From assembly GCA_964106645.2 (NCBI GenBank), contig OZ067043.1: DNA of 64,000 nt; one strand, given 5' to 3'. The translations under genes were made by a program, and so were the position numbers. This document shows positions 1 through 11,800 of this stretch, piece after piece (the first letter of the stretch is position 1; every line of letters begins with the position of its first letter). The DNA is from Podarcis pityusensis. Lineage: Eukaryota. A model generated the notes under the pieces. The model searched no databases. It had not been told where the DNA came from and saw nothing but the letters and a program-made list of their open reading frames with translations.

Positions 1-324
1 TATTCTTTGAAGTTGCAGACCTATCCCACTTACCTGGGAGGAAGCCTCACTGTAATCAATGGGACTTGATTCTGAGTAGGCATGTACTGTATAGGAAGTT
101 CTTTTTAAAAAAAACCAACCCCAATACTTTCCCTTATTATTTTCCTCCTCAAGCTACATGTGTCCTTTTACCTTTTGCCATACATCACCCAGAGTCTGTG
201 TGTGTTGCTGTCTTCTGAATTGTCTTCAGTTAGTATGTCTTCTCTTTAAAAGCAATTTCAAAACGTGCTGCAGCAGTAAAGGTCAAATTTATACACCATA
301 TCCTCACCTCTCCCAGTGCATATA

Positions 325-550
325 CAGTGGTACCTCAGGTTACATACGCTTCAGGTTACAGACTCCGCTAACCCAGAAATAGTGCTTCAGGTTAAGAACT
401 TTGCTTCAGGATGAGAATAGAAATCGTGCTCCGGTGGCACGGCAGCAGCAGGAGGCCCCATTAGCTAAAGTGGTGCTTCAGGTTAAGAACAGTTTCAGGT
501 TAAGAACAGACCTCCGGAACGAATTAAGTACTTAACCTGAGGTACCACTG
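325..550. mobile_element. Tc1/mariner (Tigger-like) MITE, copy 1
   Basis: Terminal inverted repeats (TIRs) CAGTGGTACCTCAGGTTA...TAACCTGAGGTACCACTG flanked by TA dinucleotides; near-identical copy at 6458-6694. Confidence 0.9.
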
Positions 551-1206
551 TATTGCCCTATTCCAGATGAGCTGGCCTTAAGCCTTTCTATTTATGCTTG
601 CTGAGAAAAAGCCCTGTTGGCAACACTTAAACTGGAATAAGTTACACCAGTGTAAAGGACAAAAAACAAACAAACCCCAGAGAATGGGCAGAGAATTGGA
701 ATGTTGGGGCTGGAAGGGATAGTGGGGCAAGAAAGTGAGTAGATAGAAGCCCCCCCCCCCGAAGTTTTCCCCACCCCAAACACACACTGAGGACACCTAG
801 CCCAAGAGACCCCCAGAACCTGGAGCCAGCACTACACCAATTTGAAACAAGCTGTTGAACTAGAATTTTATTCAGCAAGTCTGCGCTTGGGCTTTTATGA
901 TCGAGATGCAGCAGTAAGTCCCTGTTTGTCGGCATTGCACTACTGATTCATATTCAGAGTATAATTAGCCGCTCTCTCATACACACCCCTACACACACAT
1001 AGTGTCTGGGACAGTTTTTGGCAAATGGACTCTGTTTTCCCTTCAAGGTCTGGCAAGTTCCCATTTAAAGAAGGAATCCTGAATTCCTTTTCCCTCTGAT
1101 ATTTAAGCAGGAATTAATGCTGAGAGGAGAGGCGGACCTGGAAAGGGTGATATTGTAGAGTAAATAGCTAGAATCAACATTTTGGCCCAATAAACAATAA
1201 GTCTAA

Positions 1207-1539
1207 GGCTGTGTACACACTATACCTCTAAAATACAATTGAAGCACATTTATGCCTTCAATGAATTCTGGGCACTGTAGTTTGTTAAAGGGTGTTGGGA
1301 AAATGCAACTCTGTGAGGGGTAGACTACAGTGCCCAGAATTATTTTGAAGAAAATAATGTGCTTTAAAGGCAATGCTCCCCCTCCAATAATGTTTAGGGG
1401 TACTCTCATTTTCCTACTCATACTGAAATACTGCCCCTCAATGAGGCCAAACTTAGATTCACAAAATGTTTAGGGGTATGCGTACCCCTGTGTACCCCCA
1501 GAAAAAAGCACTGTTTAAAGGTATAATGTGGATACAACC
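1207..1539. mobile_element. Palindromic PIF/Harbinger-like MITE interrupted by a hAT MITE
   Basis: TAA on both sides, imperfect TIRs GGCTGTGTACACAC/GTGGATACAACC, internal inverted repeat ATTCTGGGCACTGTAGT/ACTACAGTGCCCAGAAT. Confidence 0.7.
1371..1513. mobile_element. hAT MITE
   Basis: 8-bp TSD TTTAAAGG (1363-1370, 1514-1521); ends ...AAAAAAGCACTG; related inverted copy at 2900-3072. Confidence 0.85.
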
Positions 1540-1555
1540 TAAAACACATTGAGAA

Positions 1556-1802
1556 TGTTAAGTTGTGGGTGAACATATCAGACGACACAGCGATTCTTCA
1601 AACAGCTCTTGTTTATTCACAGGCCAGGACAGAACTGAACTTAAGGGTTCAGTCAGCCTGCTTATATAGAGCTCCAGTACAACGTTACTGTAACAACTTT
1701 CTAAAACTATCCAATCACTGAATGTCACTTTCGATCCCTTATTTGCATAACTATCTACAGTATCTCCCTGCTGGCCCAGGGTGAGAACTTCAGTACATAA
1801 CA
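1556..1802 (-). mobile_element. Solo LTR of an LTR retrotransposon
   Basis: TGTTA...TAACA termini and 5-bp TSD GAGAA; read along the - strand it carries an octamer, a CCAAT box, TATATAA and AATAAA in LTR order. Confidence 0.85.
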
Positions 1803-2899
1803 GAGAAGGTTTAGATGCTGAATGGTATATGGAGCCCACGGGAGAAATGATGCTGGGTGACTTGAGGAAAGGGGCTAATCAAGAGGAGATAGCTGCCAAC
1901 CTGTACTTCTACAGCACAGCTCCAAGTCACAGCCTCTCTGGAGGTCTATCTCAGATGTAGGGGTTGTCTGTAACATATCACTTTTATTGACCTAGGTAAA
2001 GGCAGCTCTGTTTCAAGAAGCACGCAAGTGCACAGAGTGGACTTCAGCAGGAAGCTTCTAACTGTCTTTGTTTATTGATGCACACAGTGTATTTATACTA
2101 TAGACAGAGCCTGGGTTACTCCCAAATTGGAGAAGTTGTGTACAGGAGATGTGGGGCGTGGGGGGGGGGGCTTACCAAAGGGTATTGTGGAGGACAGAGA
2201 AAGGAGTTAAGGGTTGAAAACTAACAAAAACCACTGTGCAAAGGCAAAAGGGCTCCTGCATACACAGAAGTGACCCAGCTGGAGAGAGTGTCCCCTGGGA
2301 GCTTGCACTGAATTTGGATTGAAGATAAAAAGAGGCTTTCAAATAATCCAAAGTGTGACATTCTAAAATAGCTTCCCTAGCAAAGTTGTGAGAACAAAGG
2401 TTCTAATTCATTTGAAAACTCAGCAGGGTGTATTTGAAAAATATTCCATGTGAGGTCTATCTGATGCTTCCACATTTTTTCCTGGTGCTTTCTTATTTAC
2501 TCCCTGAAGTTTTAAAATATACACCCCTGCCATACATGTCTGCGAATTGTAGAACTCACAACCAGCATAGCTGAAGCACCCAGCTTATGAACAATCAGCT
2601 TTTGGATGCGGTTTGACAGATCACAGGATTACTCCAAGTGATGTTTAAAAATAAAAACCTGCAGGAGTAAAATGGACTAATTTGGACTATTATTAACATT
2701 ATTATAGTGATTAATTTCATTTAAGAATTGCTTCCTATGAGGCATATAAAATATAAAATAGAATAGCAGCCATATATAAAACAGTTAAAACAATTGTATA
2801 TATAAAAACCATTTAAATAAAACAATTATAAATATACAAAACCAGTTTAATACAGCAAGAGAACATACATAAAATCAATTCAAATTCAAGACAGATACC

Positions 2900-3072
2900 C
2901 AGTGCTTTTTATCCTGGGGGTACGTAAGGGTACGCATACTCCTAAACATTTTGTGAATCTTCATACTTTTGTCCATTTACTGTATTTATTTCCCCCGATT
3001 TGAACTATAATGGTGATTTTCTTGAGTCAAAATGAGAGTACCCCTAAAGATTTTTGTAGAAAAAAAGCACTT
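2900..3072. mobile_element. hAT MITE, same family as 1371-1513, opposite orientation
   Basis: CAGTGCTTTTT...AAAAAAGCACT termini; shares internal GGGTACGCATAC/CCTAAACATTTTGTGAATCT sequence. Confidence 0.8.
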
Positions 3073-3276
3073 AGTGGGGATGAATATTTTAGAAGGCTTG
3101 TTGAAGGAGGAATTTGAAGCTACATGTTCACAGAAGCGCATCTCTCTCTGTTAAAAATAAGAGCACACAGAAGGACACTTCTCCCACCCCCTTCCCCACA
3201 GAGAGGGTAGCGCCAATGTATTTTGTGGGGGTGGGTGTTGGCTGGATTACACCTAGCATTAGTAAAACATGGATCG

Positions 3277-3637
3277 CAGGTGGGGGGGGGACCTCAGGCT
3301 TGGGGCTGAATGCAGGATTCTCCTCAAGCCAAAGCTCCTCCTCAGCCACACCCCCATTCTCCAGGCCACACCCCTCACTGGTGCTGCTTTGTAACCTCTT
3401 TGAGGGTTTGCCTGGCTGGAATGTGCGTTCGAAGTCTCTTCATGCCTCTTACTTCTCTGGATGGAGACTAGCGAGGGGTGTGTGTGTGTGTGTATAAAAA
3501 CAAGCCTAGTGTACAAAGCTAAAATTTACATTAATTGCCCCACCCACTTTTGCCTCTGGCCTCTGTCACCATGTGGTCCCTGGAAGGTTGCCTATAAGGG
3601 AATGAGGCCCTCAGCTGAACATGGTTTGCCACCCTGA
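3277..3637. mobile_element. Degenerate hAT-Charlie-like non-autonomous element
   Basis: CAGG...GGGGACCT and GGTTTGCCACCCTG termini typical of squamate hAT MITEs. Confidence 0.5.
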
Positions 3638-4600
3638 CTTAACACTAAGTGTGCACTTTAAATTTGTTTTAATATATACAGTATACAGTTATGCTCTTTG
3701 GTTCAGGAGAACACCAGAAACTTATTAACATGGCCAGAAAAGAAATGAAAGCATTGAGGCAGTAGTGGGTGTGGAAAGGAGAAGAGCAGAAATTGATGGT
3801 TGATCCTCCCACCCCAAAACACCAAAGCAAATTTTCTGTAACCCCCGAGCACAGCAATTTGGAGCCCAATTTCCTCAACTTTTTGGATTATCTCCATATT
3901 GGACAAAGTCAAATTTACAGGGGAAAGCATAGATTTTTGTGTTATTTGACTGCACAAATTAAGCAACCACACAGTAAATTCTGTGTGGACAAGCCCTTAG
4001 TCTCTCAATACTTACACATGCTACTGAGAGAGAAAGACAGGACAAATACATCCACTCTCCACCCCAACAATGAGATGTGATTGCATATGTGAATACATTT
4101 TGGCAAAAGTTACGTCTGCTCAGCAAAGGATGCATCCCACAGTTCAGCATGTGAGAGTCTGTGTTCTGGCAGAGGGAATGTGATCGCCAGCAATGGTTCT
4201 TTCTTGTGGTGAGTGCTGCTCTCTTCTGGTGAGGGTGCATACATGCACTGTTTGTCTCTATTTGCATAAAATTGTCCAGGAAGTTATTGTGATTTTTCTA
4301 TCTCTGCATTTTCTTTCTCTAGGCAGGAAGGAAAAGATTCGGCTGAAAGCTTACTGAGCATGTAACCTGACACAGAATGTTCCCTGGATAGTGTGGTACC
4401 TGCAATGAGCATGTGGGTCTGTCTGTCTGTCTTCTGTCTATCCGTCATGGGTACAGTGAAGACGTATGAACAAAGGGAAATAATTATTGTGCATCAGATT
4501 GTTTTTACTCATATGTACAACCAAATACCATTTGTGGTAAGCAAATGCTACTTTCAGTATTGATATCAACATATGGAACCAACATTGATAGGGTAGCCAT

Positions 4601-4780
4601 CATAGGAGCCAACTCCTAGGGGCTGAGGTCTCTTTGCGCCCCCCTAAAACATTTCAGGGTCTCCCTGCCAAGTTGATGGGCATTGCCATTCAAATGGTGT
4701 GTGTGTCTCATGTCTTGTGATCAATTATGTGGGGCAGGGCTTACCCGGACCCCCCTATTTTATTCAAGTTGACACTCCTG
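4601..4780. mobile_element. hAT MITE
   Basis: CATAGGAGCCAAC/GTTGACACTCCTG imperfect TIRs; degenerate 8-bp TSD GTAGCCAT/GTGGCTAT. Confidence 0.55.
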
Positions 4781-5479
4781 GTGGCTATGTGTCCTATTTT
4801 ACAGAGGATGCTCCTCTATTTCCCACCCTGCACTTTTAATTACACCTGGAAAAGAACTGCCAGTCAGTAAAGTTGTAATAAAATCAGAGTGACATGATAC
4901 TCCATAAAACTGACTCTGGTAAAAAGCCTCATAACTTCAGTTTGAACCAGCTGCATTTTTTGGATGCTTTTGAAAGCACCCCTATATAGAACACATTGAC
5001 ATCTCAGTGTAACTAAGGGATGTGTTACCCTGACTAGTTTTGCTTTCTTCAGAAATCAGTGCAACTGGTATGATAACCGCTGGGCAAAAATAGTCCTGGC
5101 TACAATAGCCATTCAGTAACCTAAAGCACTGGATCCAGGAGTACCCAATTGCAGAAGTTGGCTGCAAATTACTGCATAGACTCTGTGAGGAGTCTGCCCT
5201 CCTCCCCTCTAGCAGTTAACCACTGTCTCTTCAAATTATTGCAGAGATTTTCCAGGGGGTCTGTCCTCCTCCCTTGGATTTTTTTCCTCCTTTGGTGGAC
5301 TACAGCTCCCTTCACATTCTTTGCCTTTAACACAGATACTGGGGAATAAATTGTTTTGTCTGTTCAAATCAGACTGGATGAGTTTGATTTGTAGCTATTC
5401 TATGGAAATGCCACTTGTGGGAATAAATATTGTACTAAAATTACTAACTTTTTTAAAAAAGGAAAACCGTTATGGCGAT

Positions 5480-6200
5480 CATCCAGTTTAAGAATTTATG
5501 CAGTGTGCGTTAAGGGGAGAACGGAAAACGTGCTGTAAGATGTTACAGGCGCAGTAGCATTCCCTGCTTTTACCTATAAAGTGTAGCTTCAACTTACAGG
5601 CAGCCTTACTTTTTAGTAGCGATGCTCTGACATCGACTGAGGGGCGTTGACTCTGTTTGCCACGGCCCTTGTATAGTGAAAAACGCATCAGAAGAATTTG
5701 ACGCAAACAAAGCAATCGCCATCCGCATTCTACTTTAGTGATATTAGTTTTACGCCTACTCTCCACCCTGTACTTTATCGTCAAAATTTTAGAAAGTTTT
5801 TTCCACTTCAAGCGGGGAAACGGAACCAGCAACTTGGAACTCTTGACGCTAGCCGAGCCACAATTGGTGTTGCACGTTCGGACCCAAGTGGGAAACGATT
5901 CTCGGATTAAACGGGGACCGGAAGTAGTATTGGGATTCCCGTATCGGCGCTGCACAACCGGTGTCCGCTGCTGCTGGTTTAGGGTTGGTAGCTTGTGAAA
6001 GGAAAGTGTGAGGTACGGGGGAAGGGAAATGGGAATGTGCGTGGGGGATAAGCTGGGAGTTGGGAATGTGTAAGAAACCGTGAAGAGCGGGAAACTTGAG
6101 GCGCGCGGAGTTGGTAACGTGGGTTGGGGAGCCTGGGGCCATTTGAGCGGGCTGCAGCGTATGTGGAGGAGAGCTGGGGGTGTATCTTTCATTAGTATCC
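5480..6200 (+). promoter_or_regulatory. DMAP1: CpG-rich DMAP1 promoter region with ETS/GABPA motif
   Basis: Local CpG enrichment; ACCGGAAGT at 5917-5925 lies about 90 nt upstream of a GAG|GTACGG donor at 6012/6013. Confidence 0.8.
5925..6012 (+). other. DMAP1: Probable non-coding exon 1 of DMAP1 (5' boundary approximate)
   Basis: Ends at donor GT 6013 inside the CpG island. Exon 2 begins at an acceptor (ttttatttcag|8691) 8 nt before the ATG, so an upstream non-coding exon is required. Confidence 0.65.
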
Positions 6201-6457
6201 GGTGTCTTTTCCCTTGGGGCTCCGGAACTCCAGAGCTACCATAGGAAAAAGTCCACGCCAAAACATCATGAAAAACATACATTTGTCGAAATGTAACGCT
6301 ATCTCAATACTATTCCAGAAATATTGTTCCATTCATAATGCAACAATTGAGGCCGCAAATTGAACTCCCGAATTCCAACTAAGGCTGCCATCCTAGCCCC
6401 ACACGCTTGGGAGTAACCTCCATAGAGTTTAGGAGGACTTCTGTCTGAGTAGACATA

Positions 6458-6694
6458 CAGTGGTACCTCGGGTTACATACGCTTCAGGTTACATACGCTT
6501 CAGGTTACAGACTCCGCTAACCCAGAAATATTACCTCAGGTTAAGAACTTTGCTTCAGGATGAGAACAGAAATTGTTCTCCGGCGGCGCGGCGGCAGCAG
6601 GAGGCCCCATTAGCTAAAGTGGTGCTTCAGGTTAAGAACAGTTTCAGGTTAAGAACGGACCTCCAGAACGAATTAAGTACTTAACCTGAAACTG
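6458..6694. mobile_element. Tc1/mariner MITE, copy 2, inserted in an older short palindromic repeat (about 6382-6710)
   Basis: Same sequence as 325-550 with a small deletion in the right TIR; TA flanks. The host repeat resembles 12-95 and 50285-50372. Confidence 0.88.
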
Positions 6695-7328
6695 TAGTTA
6701 GGATTGCACTTGACATTCTTATCAGGGAGCAGCGGGGCGATCTAAACTGCAGCCAGGCAGTAGTGGGAGAGGGCAGATGGGCAGAGACACTGCCTCCTCT
6801 GCAGCCCCGTTGTTCACAGTGGCTTGGGCAGAAGGCAAGAGGGCAGGCAGAAACCTGCTCTGGGAACTGCTATAGCTTTCAGGTCCGATGTCATCAAGTG
6901 ACTGCAGGAGTGGACAAAGCAGCAAATAAAGTCTGTGTTATTGTGTGGGATATCTTTAGGCTCGTTTTTAATAACAGGGATTAAGGTTTGTGCACGTATA
7001 TTTCAGTGGCCCACTTTGCACATCTCATTATACCATAGTTTACAACAAATAATGGTTTAATGTGAATGAGCAGCATCCTGGTGCAAATGGATCAAAATTT
7101 CCCACAGCACTCTTCCCCCATTCCTACCAGTGCTGTGCTGTGGATATGGCTCTACACAAAGCATGAGTGTACCTAAGATTTGTTGTGGTCACCCACTCAT
7201 GTTTCATTTGGAGAGGAACAAGCCACGAGCCCAGGTTTGGATCACATAACTAGCCAGACCCTGACTTGTTTTGTCTGCAGTGCAGCAGGAACAGAGTAGG
7301 AATTCTGTGAGAATGTTTGAGCACTTGT

Positions 7329-7435
7329 CATGGATGTAGCCAGGATTTTTGTGGTGGGGGCAGGCCTCAGCTATGTATTTTTATTGATTTTTATTGATTT
7401 AGAGGGGGGAGCTGCCCCCCTTGGTTACGCCCGTG
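7329..7435. mobile_element. hAT MITE nested in a larger palindromic MITE (about 7008-7501)
   Basis: Perfect 8-bp TSD GCACTTGT (7321-7328, 7436-7443); TIRs CATGGATGTAGCCA/TGGTTACGCCCGTG. Confidence 0.8.
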
Positions 7436-7831
7436 GCACTTGTTCATTTTAAACTATAGTTTGTTTTAAACCATGGTTTAATGTGACATGCAAACCAGGC
7501 CAGTATCTGCTTCCTAATGCTTGTCTACCTCCATATTTCAGAATAGTTGTTTATATAAACAGAATTTTATAAACAGAATTGTTTTGTTATGGTTTCTTAT
7601 TCAACTTCTTTTTCTATTTTATGTCGTGTCTGGGCCTGGATACCATTATATATTGGACAGTGGATGCAAAGGAGCTCTTTTATTTAATCAAGTTTTATTT
7701 AATCAAGCTAATCAAGTTTGACACCAGGCATGTGTGTAATCTACTAAAATTTCTAAATTTGGTTTGGCTAGATTACATAGATGTGATTATGTTTATTTTT
7801 TTCCTGCTTCAGAGATTCAGGTTTTCAAATA

Positions 7832-8170
7832 CAGTGGTGCCCCGCAAGACGAATGCCTCGCAAGACGGAAAACCCGCTAGACGAAAGGGTTTTCCGTTTT
7901 TCGATGCGCTTCGCAGGACGAATTTCCCTATGGGCTTGCTTCGCAAGACGAAAATGTCTTGCGAGTCTTGAGATTTTTTCCCGCTTTCCCCCCCTTTTTC
8001 TAAGCCGCTAAGCCGCTAATAGCCTTTTAGCAGCTAAGCCGCTAAGCCTTTAATAGCTGCTAAACCGCTAATAGCGCTAAGCCGCTAATAGGGTTGCTTC
8101 GCAAGACGAAAAAACCGCTAGACGAAGACACTCGCGGAACGGATTAATTTCATCTTGCGAGGCACCACTG
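7832..8170. mobile_element. Tc1/mariner (Tigger-like) MITE, second family, CpG-rich
   Basis: TA-flanked TIRs CAGTGGTGCCCCGCAAGA/TCTTGCGAGGCACCACTG; internal GCTAAGCC and CGCAAGACG repeats. Confidence 0.88.
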
Positions 8171-8698
8171 TAATTTGTCTGCTGCTTTTGACATAGACTG
8201 TTAGGAGGGAATGGCAAGAAGATTGATTTGTATATAGACTTGTAGTGATGGTGATAGCGAGGAGCAACCATAGTAGACACAGACACATAGCTGACACGAA
8301 ACGCCCATCCCCTACGGGAAGTCTAGAAACCATGTTCTAGGATTCTAAGTCTTTATCAGATGCTGCCTGTGCTTTTCACATAATATAACATAACATAAAT
8401 ATCAGGTTCTGCAGTGTGGTGGAAAACACACGGGTGCATGGAATAAACAAAGCTCTGGTCATTAGTCCCATGGGTATAGAAGTTTCATGTGCCTGCCAAG
8501 ACTGTTGCAGGTGCTTGTATTTTCGGTAAGTTAACTGTATGGAGAAGAGAAAATTAATTCCTAAGTAAGTAACAAGCAGTCTGTTGTATGTAGAGGGAGT
8601 CAACAAATTTTGCAGCTAATTTTCTGAAGGCTAGTCTGTATCCTTTTGGTATTCACTTAATTTTAAATTATGCCTTGATTTTTATTTCAGGTGACAAA

Positions 8699-8800
8699 AT
8701 GACTACAGGAGCTGATGTCCGGGATATATTGGAACTGGGGGGCACAGAATCTGAGAACATAGGAACTATTAATAAAAAAGATATCATCAATTCTGATAAG
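8699..8800 (+). CDS. DMAP1: DMAP1 coding exon 1 (exon 2; exon starts 8691): MTTGADVRDILELGGTESENIGTINKKDIINSDK
   Basis: Acceptor ends 8690, ATG 8699, donor GTACAA 8801. Confidence 0.96.
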
Positions 8801-11800
8801 GTACAAAAGGGGTGAAGAAAGGGGATAGGAGGAGGAGAAGCTTTGTGCTTGTAATTCTAAGTTATGTGCATGCAACATGATCTTCTTTTGGATCTTGCCA
8901 GCATGATTGCTGCATACAGCAATATTGTTTACCCTACTCTTGAACAAGTTGTGAGGCTACATTCCTCTTAAAAAATAGAAATAAAAGATCAGATTCTTTT
9001 TCTTTTTTTGAAATATGAAATATAACACATTTTTCAGCACCCTCATTCTGTGCTGTCCCTATAGTTCTGCATTTGAGTGTCTAAAGAAATTAATATCTCT
9101 GTACCTGCTGGTGAAAGCAATGTGCTATCACTTATTTCAATTTTGTTTCATCTATATACAGCATAAAGCTGGGATGCATAATTTGAATGTCCTTTTTGGG
9201 CATAAGGAAAATAGCAATCCATTCTACTTTTGTTAATGATATTTACATTTACATTCTTTACACTAGGATTTGCAGGGTCTCAGGAAACCTCTCAGGCTAT
9301 ATTCACTGAAGGGCTCCTCTCTCTTGCTTTTTGCTGCTTCCTGTTTATATTTGCAGCATTGTTTAGATTGTTGAGTATAAATGAGAATCACACCTGCAGC
9401 AGAATGACAGAAATGTGGAGGGATGGGAGAATTAGGGAAAGTTGGTTTGTCTGCGGAACTTTGGGAGGTCTGGTTGACACTGCAGGTATTGTCTGTCATC
9501 AAATAGAAATTCTGCTACCCTCTTAATCCCCACCTCCAGAATGTTCCTGCATTTTGAGAACTATGAGTAAAGTAGGATGTGAAGACTTTGCAGGAAAGCA
9601 AAATATAAACAACATCCTCTTGCTGCTCATATGTTTTTGTACTGAGAGTTTAAGCTTGACTAAAGTTAGATCAATAAAGCTGGATTGTGATGTTTTGAGG
9701 CATTGCATAGGAGAGAACAGATGCAATCTGTCAGATGTAAAAATCAGAATAAACAGAGACTGATGTTTATACTCCCACATAATTTTGGTGTTAAGGTTGC
9801 ACAGCCTTTGATAAAAACCTTATTTTTCAGAAAAAATCCAAGAAGTCATCGGAGACCCTCACATTTAAGAGACCAGAAGGAATGCACCGGGAGGTCTATG
9901 CACTACTGTACTCTGATAAAAAGTAAGTTTTGTTACCTGGATAGTTGGTGTTTTCCTTAAACCAGCCTCTCATCTCCTAGGTATTTGACAGATGAAAGCC
10001 TTGACAAGTCTGTTCTTGAAAATTTACTTTCTCCAGCTTTCGATAGTGTTTTTACCTTTAGCCCCTTCCTAGTATCTATGACTTGCTCTACTGGAAGTGC
10101 TGTTTCAACATTTTTGATCTCCATAAGCTAAATGTGTGAAGCCCTTTTGATATGTAAAAATTTCAGATGTTGAGGGCATGGAACTCTCCTTTTAAAAAGA
10201 ATGTTGGGAAATACTGAACTATTTACTGTCTGGAAGAGCTATAGTTTTTGATTCTGAATTTTCATTTTGGGTTCATGAACCTTAGACAATGGAAAGTTCA
10301 CATGAATTGTAACAGATTTCTCAACTCTCACATTCTGTTTTGTTCCTTGAATTTATCTGTATTTTCAAACGTTCATCTGTTTGTGGTAGATGATGAAGGA
10401 GAATCAGAAGCAAGTAAAGGGCAAGAGATGTCAGAGGCTGAATTGTAAGAAGGCCGTGCTATTATGCCTTGCCTAAATAATGTTTTAGGAGCACTATGCT
10501 TCGTGGATTCCTAGATTGAATGAAAAAAGCAGATTTTCTGTATACTGCAGTATTTGAAAGTGCATAACAGGAAACTATGGTATTCCATTATGAGAATGTG
10601 CTGTGATTAGCCTTTAGCTTGTATTTAACTTCTAAGAGGTCTCTTCCTTGCTATCAGAAAAATGACACCTTAGAGGTGATTATAAGACCTACTTTTTGGT
10701 TTTTGGTTGGCTTTCTCATTTTCTATAGAGGAACTGAACATATGGGGATAAATGGTCACTAGAGCTAACCTTGCTGCCCAGTGAGCCCTTAATGAGCCCA
10801 CCAGCTCCGTCTTTTATAGCTTCAAGCAAAGAGGCATCCTATTCCTGAAACATACTTGTTCTTGGGATCTGTCCTAGGAGATCTTTGGGCATGCTCTTTT
10901 TTTAAGGTCTGACAGTTCCATTTGTCCTTTTTTTACACTTCATGCCAGTGACCATGAACAGCAACTTGAGGAAGTGGAAAACCAGGCTCTGTGTCAGCAG
11001 CAGCTGCAAGCAGAGCTGCTATTAGCCAATGCACATCCAGGCTAAATAACGGGGGGGGGGGGGGGGCTGATTGCAGACTCTGTACCTCACTGGCCTATGT
11101 TCACGTAAGAGACTAATAAATTGTGACCCTCTTTGGTCTGTGGAGCTTTGGGTTGTGTGCTGAGTGTGTAAGATCAGTCTACAGTATACAGAATTGTCCT
11201 AGATTTACACTGATCTTTAAGCAGTCCTCAGAGATCATAGAAGGGGATTAAATATGCAAAATGAGCCTCATGCAGACAGTAGGTTCCATTAATTTGTACC
11301 TTGTCTTTGTTTCAGGGATGCACCTCCCCTTCTTCCAAGTGACACAACACAGGGCTACCGCACAGTTAAGGCAAAGCTGGGATCTAAGAAAGTGCGGCCT
11401 TGGAAGTGGATGCCTTTCACCAACCCTGCTAGGAAGGATGGAGCAATGTTTTACCACTGGAGGAGGGCAGCAGAAGAGGGCAAGGATTACCCTTTCGCCA
11501 GATTCAACAAAGTATGGAGGCTTGATCAGAGCTTGTATTAAGTATGAAGGCTTGAACAGGGTTTGTGAAATGGGAGTGAGTGGATAAATTTGTGCCAAAA
11601 TATCTCAAAGGACATCTCCAAATACCCTCTTTCTTTCACTTGCTATCTCTAGGGTTAATTCCCATACCAACTTCAGAAGTGTAAGACTGATTCTGGTATC
11701 ACAGGACATTAAACTCTGTAGTATTCTTTAATTTTTTTAAATACTTGAGTCCTGTGGGGTGTTTGCACTGTTGCTACTTATCAGTGTCCACACTGAAAGT

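Noticed and set aside
12-95. ACTTACCTGG resembling the U1 snRNA 5' end
   Set aside because: The rest does not match U1. It is a short palindromic interspersed repeat also present near 6382-6710 and 50285-50372.
5488-6282. 264-aa minus-strand ORF across the promoter
   Set aside because: No recognisable domain; it is antisense through the GC-rich promoter and exon 1, where stop codons are depleted.
8000-8090. GCTAAGCC tandem repeats resembling a spaced array
   Set aside because: Internal minisatellite of a mariner MITE with no unique spacers; eukaryotic context, not CRISPR.
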